From positions 1,792,001-1,856,000 of the forward strand of contig OY970296.1 of the NCBI GenBank assembly GCA_963716175.1: a stretch of 64,000 nucleotides of DNA, in the 5' to 3' direction. The notes beneath the pieces were generated by a model. That model was not told the DNA's origin, did not search any database, and saw only the letters and a program-made list of their open reading frames with translations. The DNA is from an uncultured Armatimonadetes bacterium. Its GTDB lineage: Bacteria; Armatimonadota; Hebobacteria; Hebobacterales; Hebobacteraceae. Positions within the stretch are counted from its first letter, which is position 1. Each line of letters begins with the position of its first letter. Of this stretch, positions 29,647-39,922 are shown in pieces. A program made the translations under genes and the position numbers.

Positions 29647-30414
29647 CTACTTCAGCAATCCCCGCACGAAGGCCAGGTTGCGGGCGGCGGCGACTCCCGC
29701 ATCATCCCCGGGCTCGGTCTCCAACACCAGATAGCCCTCATACCCAATGCTCTTGATGGTGCGGAAGATCAGCGGGAAGTCGAGCTTCCCCTCGCCCATC
29801 TCCGCGCCGATCTCCTTGACGTGGATCTGCACGATATGCTTCCCCAGCTGCTTGATCTCCGTGACCGGATCGAAGCCCTGATAGGCGGCGTTGCCGATAT
29901 CGTAGTAGACCCCAAGGTGCGGTGAGCCCACCCTCTCGATCAGCGCCAGGGCCTGGCCGGCGGAGCGGCCCACTCGTCCCACGCTTTCCATTCCTACCTG
30001 GGCCCGGTTGCGCTGCGTTCGCGCGAAAGCGGCGGCGAAGCCGTCCGCCCAGAGCCGGACCGCCTCTTCCTCGCTCTGATCCGCGTGCTTGATCATGGGG
30101 AAGAGGATGACGCCCGCCCCCAGGTCGTCGCAGAAACGGCGAAGCTCGGTCAGCGCCTCCACGCCCTGCTCGTGCGTCTCCTGCTTCGTCATCAGGCCGG
30201 CCACGCTGGCCATACACACCGAGGCCACCTCCACTCCCGTGCGGCGGCTGCGTGCCAGTAAGTTCTCTCGGCCGGTGAAGCTCCACACCTCGCTCTGGCG
30301 ATAGCTGTCAACCGAGAGGTCCAGCTCCACCCCGTCGAATCCCAACCGTGCCGCCTCCTCGAACAGCTCCTCCCAGGACTTCATCAGCACATTGTCCATC
30401 GCGCCGATCTTCAT
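29647..30414 (-). CDS. Sugar phosphate isomerase/epimerase (TIM barrel)
   Basis: GFDGVEL, YYDIGN, IHVKE, GY.GYLVLE motifs. Confidence 0.88.
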   Translation of the reverse strand: MKIGAMDNVLMKSWEELFEEAARLGFDGVELDLSVDSYRQSEVWSFTGRENLLARSRRTGVEVASVCMASVAGLMTKQETHEQGVEALTELRRFCDDLGAGVILFPMIKHADQSEEEAVRLWADGFAAAFARTQRNRAQVGMESVGRVGRSAGQALALIERVGSPHLGVYYDIGNAAYQGFDPVTEIKQLGKHIVQIHVKEIGAEMGEGKLDFPLIFRTIKSIGYEGYLVLETEPGDDAGVAAARNLAFVRGLLK

Positions 30415-30482
30415 CTTCCACTCCTGTCGTCATGGTCTGGGCCTGAGGCGCTCGGCTTCCCCGAGCGCCCCTGCCATCCTGC

Positions 30483-31640
30483 TCACTGCGAGTACACTCC
30501 GAATTCGCGGGCCGCCTCCTGCATGGCAGCGAAATTGCGCGTCGGGATGCCGTGGTGGATCGAGTTGGAGGAACCGAAGATCAGCCCGCCGCCAGGGGCG
30601 CAGTCGGCCATGGCCTGCTTCACCTGCTCTCTGATCTGCTCCGGAGCACCGAAGCTGAGCATCCTGCCACAGCTAATCCCACCCCAGAGCGTGAGCTTTG
30701 GGAATCGCCTCTTCAGCTCCGGCAACTGCATCCCTGCGTCCATGTCTATCTCGCCGTAGCCATCAACGTCCGAATCCGCCAGCAGCTCCTTGGCGATGGG
30801 CCAGATGTTCCCGTCCGTGCGGAACAGGTAGGCCAGGCCGGCCTCATGGGCCGCCTTGGTGATCCTTTGCACCCTGGGCAGGATGAACCGCCGGAACATG
30901 GCGGGGGAGTAGATCGGCCCCGCGGAGGAGGCGAGATCGCCGCCCGCCCAGAGGCAGCCCACGCCGAGCTTGGCCAGCACCGGGATGGCCAGCAGCGCTC
31001 CGGCCACATGGCAGTCCAGGTATCGCTCCACCAGCTCGGGCTGGGCGGCGCAGGTCTCCAGCCACGCAGCCTGGGGCGGGATCATCACCATGCCGGAGCC
31101 GTCCACCAGATAGCGATCACCCCCAGCGCGATCGGCAATGGCTAGCAGATCGGAGTAGTCTTCCGGCGCGGGGGGCCGGGCCGACTCGGCCTCCCTCTCC
31201 ATCCCGGCCACCAGGCGCTCGATCGCCGCTCGACCTTCCCGGTCAATGGCGGAGTCTGCTTCATCGAAGACGTCGCTGGCCTGATCGTAGTGGTAGATGC
31301 TCCAGAGTCCGTTCTCGGAGTCGTGGTAGCGGAAGGTGAAATCGTCCAGCTTGGCCGAGGGCCGGGAGGAATGACGCCAGGGGACATGGGCGATGTCATG
31401 GTCCAGCTCCCGGGTCAGGTCTCCCACATCCTCCAGCAGGCGGCCGGCGTAATCATGCCAGGCCTCCTCGCTCTCCCACCGCGCTGCGGTCTCCTCCCAG
31501 CGAATGCGGCCGCCGCCGGTCCGCATCTTGCGGCCCATGATGTCAGAGGCGACGCGGGTGCAGACCGTCTGCTCGAAAATCGGGACCCGATCCGCTTGCT
31601 GGTGGCGGAAGGCCTGCTCGACGCGCTGGCGTGAAGTCAT
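30483..31640 (-). CDS. Uroporphyrinogen decarboxylase-family (URO-D-like) protein
   Basis: DRVP, GDLA...GP.YSP.MFR.FILP, TDGN, GGGLIFGSSN motifs. Confidence 0.85.
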   Translation of the reverse strand: MTSRQRVEQAFRHQQADRVPIFEQTVCTRVASDIMGRKMRTGGGRIRWEETAARWESEEAWHDYAGRLLEDVGDLTRELDHDIAHVPWRHSSRPSAKLDDFTFRYHDSENGLWSIYHYDQASDVFDEADSAIDREGRAAIERLVAGMEREAESARPPAPEDYSDLLAIADRAGGDRYLVDGSGMVMIPPQAAWLETCAAQPELVERYLDCHVAGALLAIPVLAKLGVGCLWAGGDLASSAGPIYSPAMFRRFILPRVQRITKAAHEAGLAYLFRTDGNIWPIAKELLADSDVDGYGEIDMDAGMQLPELKRRFPKLTLWGGISCGRMLSFGAPEQIREQVKQAMADCAPGGGLIFGSSNSIHHGIPTRNFAAMQEAAREFGVYSQ

Positions 31641-31770
31641 GCCACCGTCTCCCTCGATATCTGCCTCCCTTACGCCGCGCCTGGGCCGGGTACCTGTCTG
31701 GTGGGCGGCAGGACCACAAGCTGAGGGAGACGAACCCTCCTCATGTCACTGGTGTCGGAGGGAAGCTGCT

Positions 31771-33726
31771 ATGCCGCGAGCCCGTATGGTTATCGCCCTG
31801 TTCTTCTTCCTGATTGCCCTCGCCCTGCCGGCCGCGGCGCAGTCGCGCCGGGGTGAGATGCGCGGCGCCTGGATGGGGGACGGATATAACCGCGACTGGC
31901 CGGCGATCATGAAGTCGCTCCAGGAGAACGGCTTCAACGCGCTCTTCCCCAACTTCAGCGTCGGGGATATGGCCTACTACCCCAGCAAGGTGCTGCCGGT
32001 GGCCAAAGGCGCCGCCCCGGGGCGGGATGAGCTGGCGGAAGCGATCAAGGCGGCGAAGCAGCATGGGATCGAGCTGCATGTCTGGCGCATCAGCTGGGCG
32101 CTCCGGGGCGTCCCGCAGGACATCATCGCCCAACTGGAGGTGGCGGGGCGGTTGCAGCGCAATGCCAAAGGCGAGCTCGCGCGGCAGGACCCGAAGGTGG
32201 GCGTGGACTGGCTCTGCCCCTCCAATCCGGAGAATCGGAAGCTCGAAAAGGACGCCATGCTAGAGCTGGTGCGCAACTACGATATCGCGGGCATACAGTT
32301 CGACTACATGCGCTTCCCGAGCGGTGACTACTGTTTCTGCGATCACTGCAAGGCTCAGTTCCAGAAGGAGGCGAACGTCACGGTCTCGCACTGGCCCGAG
32401 GACGTTCAGGAGGGCGGGCCCTATGTCGAGCAGTGGCGCGCCTGGCGCCGCGGGCTGATCACCAGCCTGGCGGAGGAGATCAGCGAGGAGTGCCACCGGA
32501 TCAAGCCCCGCATCTTCGTCTCCCTCGCCGCCTGGCCCGACCTGAAGGCGGCCTACGATGTGGTCGGCCAGGACTGGACCTCCTGGGTGAAGGCCGGGGT
32601 GCTGGATTTCGTGTGCCCGATGGACTACACCGCCAGCCGGGATGATCTGGTCAACAATCAACTGACCGGTCAGCTGGCACAGGTTCAGGGGATCATCCCT
32701 TTCTACCCCGGGCTGGGCGCGTTCTTGATGCAGTCTGCCTCGCAGCTCATCACTCAGATCGAGGCCACGCGGGAGCTGGGGGCAGATGGCTTCCTCGCCT
32801 TTGCCTACTTCAGCGGAGACCTGGACAAGTGGCTGCCCGACCTCCGGGCCACGGTCACCGCCACGGACCCAAACCCGATGCCGCACTGGTCGCCGCCCGC
32901 GCGGTTCTCGTTCAAAGGCCCGGCCGCGGCGCCACTCTCGCCGCGTGAGGGCGCCAGCCAGGAGGCCTGGCAAGTGCTAGCTGGCAAGCAGTTGGAGACC
33001 GAGCTAACGCTTGGCATCGCTCTCCCGTCTGGCCGCGAACAGGCCGGTGAGGGCGCAGCCCAGGCCGCGGATGTGCTGCGCCAGGCCACCAACCCGCGCA
33101 GTCCGGTGACCAGCTACGAGCCTGCGCCCGAGCCTCCACTGACCGCGGGTGAGCAGCCGCGCATCTCGGGCCGGGCGGTGATGGAAACGCCTGACGGGCT
33201 CGCCCTCGGGGCCTTGGGCGCTTTCGATGGTGAGATGGGAGTGCCCCGGACCTTCCGCGTCGTCGTGCCCGAAGGCCCCTTCCGAATCGCTGTCTATGGG
33301 GCCGTGGTGACCGGAGATCGAAGGCTGGAGTTCGTGACCAGGAGCGTCCTGCTGACGGGCACAGCCGAGCAGCCCCGCGCCCAGACCCCCAAGCTGGAGG
33401 AGGAACTGGCGCGGCGCTGCGACGAGATCCGCGCCAGCATCAAGCCCGAGCAGCTTGCGGGGCTGAACGGCTCGCTCCAGGTGCATGCCACGGGGCCGGG
33501 CGGCGGGGACTGGTGGGTCCGCTTCCGGGATGGCAAGATCGAGCGCGGCGCAGGTAAGGCGGAGAGTCCGGATGTGACAGTGACTGCATCGGCCGCAGAT
33601 TTTGTGGCGATGTCGCGCCAGCAGGCAAAGCCGCGGGTACTCTGGGAGGCGGGCCGGCTGACGATCGCGGGAGACCCCTCAGTCTTCCAGCGTCTCGGCC
33701 CCCTGCTGGGATATGCCGTGCCCTGA
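31771..33726 (+). CDS. GHL10/YddW-like glycoside hydrolase with a C-terminal SCP2-like domain
   Basis: EMRGAW, LCPSNPE, GIQFDYMRFP, QDW..W, PMDY motifs; C-terminal GGG.W......G...PDVT SCP2 pattern. Confidence 0.8.
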   Translation: MPRARMVIALFFFLIALALPAAAQSRRGEMRGAWMGDGYNRDWPAIMKSLQENGFNALFPNFSVGDMAYYPSKVLPVAKGAAPGRDELAEAIKAAKQHGIELHVWRISWALRGVPQDIIAQLEVAGRLQRNAKGELARQDPKVGVDWLCPSNPENRKLEKDAMLELVRNYDIAGIQFDYMRFPSGDYCFCDHCKAQFQKEANVTVSHWPEDVQEGGPYVEQWRAWRRGLITSLAEEISEECHRIKPRIFVSLAAWPDLKAAYDVVGQDWTSWVKAGVLDFVCPMDYTASRDDLVNNQLTGQLAQVQGIIPFYPGLGAFLMQSASQLITQIEATRELGADGFLAFAYFSGDLDKWLPDLRATVTATDPNPMPHWSPPARFSFKGPAAAPLSPREGASQEAWQVLAGKQLETELTLGIALPSGREQAGEGAAQAADVLRQATNPRSPVTSYEPAPEPPLTAGEQPRISGRAVMETPDGLALGALGAFDGEMGVPRTFRVVVPEGPFRIAVYGAVVTGDRRLEFVTRSVLLTGTAEQPRAQTPKLEEELARRCDEIRASIKPEQLAGLNGSLQVHATGPGGGDWWVRFRDGKIERGAGKAESPDVTVTASAADFVAMSRQQAKPRVLWEAGRLTIAGDPSVFQRLGPLLGYAVP

Positions 33727-33759
33727 GCGTTTCGGCGTGCCTTGGAGTGTAAGGCGACT

Positions 33760-36618
33760 ATGCGAGCTGCTCGCACCGCGGTGGCAATCGCTCTGCTGGT
33801 GGTGGCGCTAGCTGCCCAGGCTGCACTGGCATTGCCGGCGCCGAGGAGTGCGAACCGGCCCTCTGCTCCTGTCCAGAGCGCCTTCGCCGTGGGCCAGTAC
33901 GAGAAGCTCGAGGTGACGGTGCCGCTGCTGCTGGGCCCAACCTTCGGCGATGTGCCCTGGGATCACTGGGCCTTCTACCAGATCGAGGCCTGCGGCGCCG
34001 CTGGCATTGTGGCCGGCTACTACGACGGCAGCTACCGGCCGACTGAGACCGTGAACCGGGCCCAGATGGCGGTGTTCCTGGCGCGCGCTCTGGCCGGCGG
34101 CGATGAGCGCGTCCCCTCGGGCCCAGCCGTTCCATCCTTCCGCGATGTCCCGGCCGAGCACTGGGCCTTCAGATATGTCGAGTACGCCGGGGCGAACGGC
34201 ATCGCCGAAGGATATGAGGGAGGCCTCTACCAGCCTGACTTCGCTCTCGACCGGGGCCAGATGGCCGCCTTCATCGCCCGCGCCATCGCCACTCCCATCG
34301 GCGAGGCCGGCCTGAAGCAATATGTCCCGCCGACCAGCCCCAGCTTCCCTGATGTGCCCACTACTTTCTGGGCCTTCAGGTACATCGAGTACATCAAGGC
34401 CGCCGGAGTCGCCGCTGGCTATCTGGATGGCCGCTACCATCCAGAGACGATCTGCACCCGAGACCAGATGGCGGTCTATGTCGCGCGCGCCTTCAGCCTC
34501 CCGCTCAAGCTCCGCGGCAACTACCAGAATCCTTTCGATCCCCAAGAGATTGACGTGCAGGGCGAGTTCCACGCCCCATCGGGCCGGATCATCCGTGTGC
34601 CCGGCTTCTGCTATCACCCTTACCAGCGTTTCCGCGACCACGACGGCACCGAAGTCCTGATCCCCAACGGCGATGGGTCGTTCAAGGTGCGATTCGCCTG
34701 GGGGGAGATCGGCGATTACACCTTCAGGATCACCGCCCGCGAGCCCTCGGGCAGCCAGACCGTCGCCTCCGGCAGCTTCAGGGTGGTCGCCTCCGAGAAT
34801 CGGGGATACATCAGGCCCAGCCCGACCGCGCCGCTGCATCTCCAATTCGAGTCAGGCGATTCCTACTTCGCCATCGGCGAGAACATGTGCTGGCCCGATG
34901 TTGGTGGAACCTACGACTACGACCGCTGGATGCCGAAGCTGGCCCTCCAGGGCGGCAACTCCATCCGCCTCTGGGTGTTTGACATCTCGGGCAACCCACT
35001 TGCCCTGGAGCGCCTGCCTTCCTGGACCGGGGATGGCAACGGCCTGGGCCGCTATGACCAGGGGGCGGCCTGGCGCGCAGACTACACCCTGGACTTGGCC
35101 GAACGGCTCGGCATTCGCGCCCTGGTCTGCATCGAAGGGGCAAACTCGCTGGACGAGTCGGGAGCCTTGGCGGCCTGGGACCGCAATCCGTACAATTCCG
35201 ATAACGGGGGTCCCTGCGCGAGCCCATACGATTTCTTCGAAGATGACGTGGCGAAGCGCCTTTTCCAGCAGCGCCTGCGCTATCTGGTGGCGAGGTGGGG
35301 TTATGCCACCTCCCTGCTGGGCTGGGAGCTCTCGAATGAGGTGGACATCGTGACCCGCGGCTATAGCTGGGTGCTGCTGGATTGGCACCGCGAGATGGGC
35401 GATTACTTACGGGCTCTTGATCCCTGGTTACATCCGATCACGACTAGCTTCTCCGGGGCGGTGATTGCGGCGGAGTGCCCGATTGTTCCTGAGATATTCA
35501 GCTTGGAGCCGTTGGACCTGATGCAATCCCATTACTACGACTCCCACGACATGGCCTGGAGCATCAACCAGGTCTGCCGGCAGCAGAACGCAGCCTACGG
35601 CAAGCCCCACATCGTGGGGGAGTTTGGCGTGGGCTGGATATGGGAGTCCCCCTTCGTCGAGGAAGTGGCCAATTACCTTCACGATGGGCTGTGGGCCTCC
35701 ATGCTGGCGCCGGCCGCGGGCACGGCCATGGAGTGGTCTTGGACGTACGTAGAGGACAATGATCTCTATCACCACTTCTCGCCGGTAGCGGCCTTCGCGG
35801 CGGATGTGGACTGGGTGCGAGAGAGATATCACCTAGCCTCCATCGCCAGCCTCCGCTATCGGCCGGGCCAGGAGCCGAGCGGCCCCCTCTCCCTCACCAT
35901 CGCCACCCCCGCCTATGGCTGCCGGGACGAATCCCCCTTCAACCAGCCCAACGAGTTCACCGTGGGCAATGATGGGGTGGTGACAAACTTCGACCGGCTG
36001 AGCTGGGGGCAGAATGGAACCGGGCCTAGCGCCCAGCGGCACAACCCGGCGACCTTCCACGTCAACTACCCCGTCCCCGGGAAGTTCGAGGTAATCGTCT
36101 GGGGCGTATCCGGGTGGGGAGGCGCGGCCCTAGCCATCTCCCTGGACGGAGCTCAAGCGCTGGTGGCCGGTTTCCCGGATTGCGTGCCGGACGAGACCGG
36201 GGTCACACACCAGTACGACGGGATCTACGGGATAGACGTCCCGGCCGGCGGCCATACCATCACGGTCGAGAACATCGGAACGGACATATGCCAGGTGGAC
36301 TATCGCGTGACCAACTACGTGACTTCTCCTAACCTCTTGGTGCTAGCCGTGTCGAATGCCAGCTCCGGGCTGGTCTGGGTGCAGAACAGACAGCACACCT
36401 GGTGGAACCACCACCTCGGCCTGACCACAGAGCCGGTCAACGCCAGCGAGATCACGATTGGCGGCTTCACCCCCGGCGATTACCGGATCGAGCAGTGGGA
36501 CACCTATGCCGGCCAGGTCGCGAGCGCCGCTGACTACACTTCAACCGATGGCACCATCGTCATCGCCACGCCGCCGGGGCTGACGACGGACGTGGCCTAC
36601 AAGGTCAGGAAGCGGTAG
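33760..36618 (+). CDS. Secreted SLH x3 / DUF5060 / GH5-like (clan A) hydrolase
   Basis: Three F.DVP..HW/FWA...I...GY..G.Y.P..R.QMA SLH repeats; YQNPFDP; WELSNE and IVGEFG catalytic-like motifs. Confidence 0.82.
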   Translation: MRAARTAVAIALLVVALAAQAALALPAPRSANRPSAPVQSAFAVGQYEKLEVTVPLLLGPTFGDVPWDHWAFYQIEACGAAGIVAGYYDGSYRPTETVNRAQMAVFLARALAGGDERVPSGPAVPSFRDVPAEHWAFRYVEYAGANGIAEGYEGGLYQPDFALDRGQMAAFIARAIATPIGEAGLKQYVPPTSPSFPDVPTTFWAFRYIEYIKAAGVAAGYLDGRYHPETICTRDQMAVYVARAFSLPLKLRGNYQNPFDPQEIDVQGEFHAPSGRIIRVPGFCYHPYQRFRDHDGTEVLIPNGDGSFKVRFAWGEIGDYTFRITAREPSGSQTVASGSFRVVASENRGYIRPSPTAPLHLQFESGDSYFAIGENMCWPDVGGTYDYDRWMPKLALQGGNSIRLWVFDISGNPLALERLPSWTGDGNGLGRYDQGAAWRADYTLDLAERLGIRALVCIEGANSLDESGALAAWDRNPYNSDNGGPCASPYDFFEDDVAKRLFQQRLRYLVARWGYATSLLGWELSNEVDIVTRGYSWVLLDWHREMGDYLRALDPWLHPITTSFSGAVIAAECPIVPEIFSLEPLDLMQSHYYDSHDMAWSINQVCRQQNAAYGKPHIVGEFGVGWIWESPFVEEVANYLHDGLWASMLAPAAGTAMEWSWTYVEDNDLYHHFSPVAAFAADVDWVRERYHLASIASLRYRPGQEPSGPLSLTIATPAYGCRDESPFNQPNEFTVGNDGVVTNFDRLSWGQNGTGPSAQRHNPATFHVNYPVPGKFEVIVWGVSGWGGAALAISLDGAQALVAGFPDCVPDETGVTHQYDGIYGIDVPAGGHTITVENIGTDICQVDYRVTNYVTSPNLLVLAVSNASSGLVWVQNRQHTWWNHHLGLTTEPVNASEITIGGFTPGDYRIEQWDTYAGQVASAADYTSTDGTIVIATPPGLTTDVAYKVRKR

Positions 36619-36624
36619 ACTCCT

Positions 36625-36689
36625 GTAGGGCGGGCATGGCCTCGGCATGCCCGCCGCTTCACTCCTCAATCGCGCGCCGGCCGCCCTAC
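36625..36689. repeat. REP doublet between convergent genes
   Basis: GTAG-GGCGGGCATG..CATGCCCGCC, plus ..GCCCTAC overlapping the purB stop. Confidence 0.75.
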
Positions 36690-38141
36690 TCCAACTCCTC
36701 CAAGGCCGCTTCTCCCTCGCTGGCTTCCTCCCCGGCCGCGCCGCCATCGTAGCTCGGCCATCCCGGTATCTCCGCGCAATTCCGATCGAGCTGCACTCGC
36801 TGGTAGACGCGGCCGATGTGGCGAAGGTGCTGCTCGTGGTCAAAGCAGGCGCTTAGCTCCTCCTCGCTCAACCTCTCTTTCACGGCCGGCGCCTCCGCGA
36901 TCATCTGTCGGAAATCGCCCCCTGTCTCCCAGGCCTGCATCGCTACGGATTGGACCGTGCGATAGGCGGTGTCCTTCTCTATCCCCTTGTCCACCAGGGC
37001 CAGCATCAGATGGTCGGAGCTGATCAGCCCCTTCAAGCGATCGAGGTTGGCGCGCATGTGATCCGGGTAGACCACCAGCCCGCGCACAACGTCAGCAAAC
37101 CGGCGCAGCATATAGTCAATGAGGATACTGCTGTCGGGCAAGGTGATCCGCTCCACGCTCGAGTTGGTGAGGTCGCGCTCGTGCCACATCGCCATAGTCT
37201 CCAGCGCGGGTGTGACATAAGACCGCACCAGCCGCGCCAGGCCCGTGATGGTCTCGCAGGTGATGGGGTTGCGCTTGTGCGGCATGGCCGAGGAGCCCCG
37301 CTGGCCCTTGCGGAACGACTCCTCCACCTCCAGGATCTCGGTGCGCTGCAGGTTGCGCACTTCGGTGGCGAAGCGCTCAAGCGACCCGGCCATGATGGCA
37401 AGTGTCGTCACATAGTGAGCGTGCCGGTCGCGCTGCACGATCTGGCTGGTTGCCTTGGGCAGCTGGAGGTCCAGGCGCCGGCAGACGTACTCCTCGACCC
37501 GCGGGTCCACGCTGGCGTAGCTGCCCACCGGCCCCGAGGCCATCCCCACACTCACGCTCTCCCGCGCCTGGCGCAGCCGCGCCACATCCCGCTCGAGTTC
37601 GGCCAGCCAGACGCACAGCTTCAGCCCAAAGGTGATGGGCGCGGCCTGCACGCCATGGGTGCGCCCGATCATGGGCGTCCACTGGTGCTCCCGCGCGTTC
37701 CCGGATGGCATCGCAGAGCGCCCGCGCGTCCTGCTCGATCAGCTCGCACGACTCGCGCAGCAGTAGGCAGAGCGCGGTGTCCTCGATATCATAGGAGGTG
37801 ACGCCGAAGTGCAGATAGCGCTTCTCCTCACCCAGATGCTCGGAGACGGCGGTGAGAAAGGCGATGAGGTCGTGCCTGATCACCGGCTGGCCGGGCTTGG
37901 GCACGAAGCCGGGGGCATCGCCCTCCAGCTCCAGCATACGCTCCACCACCGCGCGGAAGTCGAAATCCGGCCCCAGCATGCGGTCGCCATTGGCGCGCAG
38001 CCTGGCCGCCGCCTCCGCCGGGAGGCGGCCGATCTCCGCCCACCCCTCGGCCACCAGCAGCTCCACCTCCAGCCACTTGCGGTACTTGCTCTCCGGCTCC
38101 CACAGGGTGCGCATCTCGGGATAGGAATAGCGCTCGATCAT
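36686..38141 (-). CDS. purB: Adenylosuccinate lyase; frameshift near 37691-37698
   Basis: MIERY, RHD, H.G.TS.D, GRTHG, SSAMPHKRNP, WHERD motifs split over two frames at a CG-dinucleotide run. Confidence 0.93.
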
Positions 38142-38165
38142 GGTTGCTCTCCGAAGCGACATGAT

Positions 38166-38387
38166 CCGCAGATTACGCAGATTACATAGATTGGCGCTGC
38201 TGTGCAGCGCGAAGCACAACGAAACCGCGGATGAACACGGATTGAACCCGTCGTTGGGCAGGGGCTTCAGTCGCCTCAGGCGACTTGCCTCCTGCCACTC
38301 CCGGTCTCATCGGCGGGCATGCGCCCGCCCGCCGGAGGCGTGCGTCCGACCCTTCGGCTTCGCTCAGGGCAGGCATACCCGCCCTAC
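38166..38387. repeat. Intergenic repeat cluster: 9-mer CGCAGATTA repeats and a REP with a nested CCCTTCG element
   Basis: CCGCAGATTACGCAGATTACATAGATT; CGCGGATGAACACGGAT; CCCTTCGGCTTCGCTCAGGGCAGG at 38350-38373; CCCGCCCTAC. Confidence 0.75.
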
Positions 38388-38847
38388 AGGGTCATCTCCT
38401 TCCGCATCTGGTCCAGCTTGCCGGCCAACGCGGAATCGCTCACTGCCAGGATCTCCGCCGCCAGCAGCGCAGCGTTGCGCGCGCCGTTCACCGCCACCGT
38501 CGCCACCGGCACGCCGCTGGGCATCTGGGCGGTGGAGAGGAGCGCGTCCAGCCCGCCCAGGGAGCCGCTGGCGACCGGAATGCCGATCACCGGCAAGGTG
38601 GTATGCGCGGCCAGCACCCCGGCGAGATGGGCCGCGCCCCGGCCGCGGCGATGATCACTTTGATGCCTCGGTCGCGGGCCTCGCGCGCCAGCTTCGCGGC
38701 TCGTTCCGGGGTGCGGTGGGCGGAGGCGACGAGCATCTCATGGGGTACAGCCAAGCGCTCCAGCTCCTCGGATGCCGGCTGCACTTTCGGCAGGTCGGAG
38801 TCGCTGCCCATGATGATGAGGACGAGCGGTCGACATGAATCCGCCAC
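38384..38847 (-). CDS. purE: N5-CAIR mutase; one frameshift at 38637-38640
   Basis: IMGSDSD, SAHRTP, AG(G)[22 protein letters not shown] motifs. Joined by adding one G. Confidence 0.93.
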
Positions 38848-38870
38848 GGCAACCCTCTTCTCCGCCGTTT

Positions 38871-38929
38871 GTAGGGCGGCCATGCCGGAGGCATAGCCGC
38901 CGCAGCGGGCGTAGGTACGCCCGCCCTAC
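38871..38929. repeat. Inverted REP doublet (REPIN-like)
   Basis: GTAGGGCGGC..GCCGCC and GCGGGCGTA-GG-TACGCCCGC-CCTAC. Confidence 0.8.
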
Positions 38930-38932
38930 AGC

Positions 38933-39877
38933 TCACTCGAAGATGGCGCTCACCGATTCGCCGGTGTGGATGCGGCGGATGGCCTCCCCGAAGAGCGGCG
39001 CCACCGAGAGCTGGACGATCCTATCACAGCACTTCTCAGGCGGCAGGGGTACGGTATTCGTGACTACTACCTGGCGAATGGGAGAGGCCTTGATCCGCTC
39101 CACTGCATCGCCAGTGAAGACACCGTGCGTGGCGCCGACGTAGATGTCGCCCACGCCCATGGTCTTGAGGATCTTCACGGTCTCGAGGAGCGAACTGCCG
39201 TGGGCGATCTCGTCGTCGAAGTAGAGCACAGTCCTGCCCGCGACGTCGCCGACAATGGAGCGGACCTCGACGCGGGTATCGCTCACCCGGCGCTTATCCG
39301 CGAACGCGAGGGGGATATCGAGGCGGATGGCGTAGGCGCCGGCGCGGCGAGCGGAGCCTGCGTCGGCGGCGAAGGCCACGCAGTTGCCCAGGGCAAGCTT
39401 CTCGAAGTACTCGCACAGGATGGGCGTGGCGGAAAGGTGGTCGGCCTGGCACTGGAAAAACCCCTGCACCTGCTCCGAGTGCAGGGTCATGGTGAGGATG
39501 CGGTTGGCTCCCGCGGTGACCAGCAGATCGGCGATCAGCCGCCCGGCGATGGAGATGCGCGGCTTGTCCTTCCTGTCGGAGCGGGCGTAAGAGTAATACG
39601 GTATCACCGCGGTGATGCGACGAGCCGAGGCCGAGCGCAGCGCGTCCATCATGATCAGCAGCTCTACCAGGTTCTCGCTCACCGGGGTGGAGAGAGGCTG
39701 GACCACGAACACGTCCCGCTCGCGGACATTCTCCAGAACCTGCACGAAGATATTCTCGTTGGAGAAGCGAGTGATGTCCGCTTTTCCCAACGGGATCGCC
39801 AGGTGGTCGCAGATCGCCTGGGCCAGCGCGGGATTCCCGTTGCCGGTGAATACCTTGACCTCGTCCTGCACTTTCAC
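38933..39877 (-). CDS. prs: Ribose-phosphate pyrophosphokinase
   Basis: VIPYYSYAR.DRK, LH..Q.QGFF, DDEI..G, ATHG motifs. Confidence 0.95.
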   Translation of the reverse strand: MKVQDEVKVFTGNGNPALAQAICDHLAIPLGKADITRFSNENIFVQVLENVRERDVFVVQPLSTPVSENLVELLIMMDALRSASARRITAVIPYYSYARSDRKDKPRISIAGRLIADLLVTAGANRILTMTLHSEQVQGFFQCQADHLSATPILCEYFEKLALGNCVAFAADAGSARRAGAYAIRLDIPLAFADKRRVSDTRVEVRSIVGDVAGRTVLYFDDEIAHGSSLLETVKILKTMGVGDIYVGATHGVFTGDAVERIKASPIRQVVVTNTVPLPPEKCCDRIVQLSVAPLFGEAIRRIHTGESVSAIFE

Positions 39878-39895
39878 GCCTCCAAGACCGCTGAT

Positions 39896-39919
39896 GGGCA
39901 GGTTGCGAACCTGCCCTAC
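39896..39919 (-). repeat. GTAG-type REP
   Basis: GGGCAGGTT-GCG-AACCTGCCC-TAC. Confidence 0.85.
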
Positions 39920-39922
39920 CTA

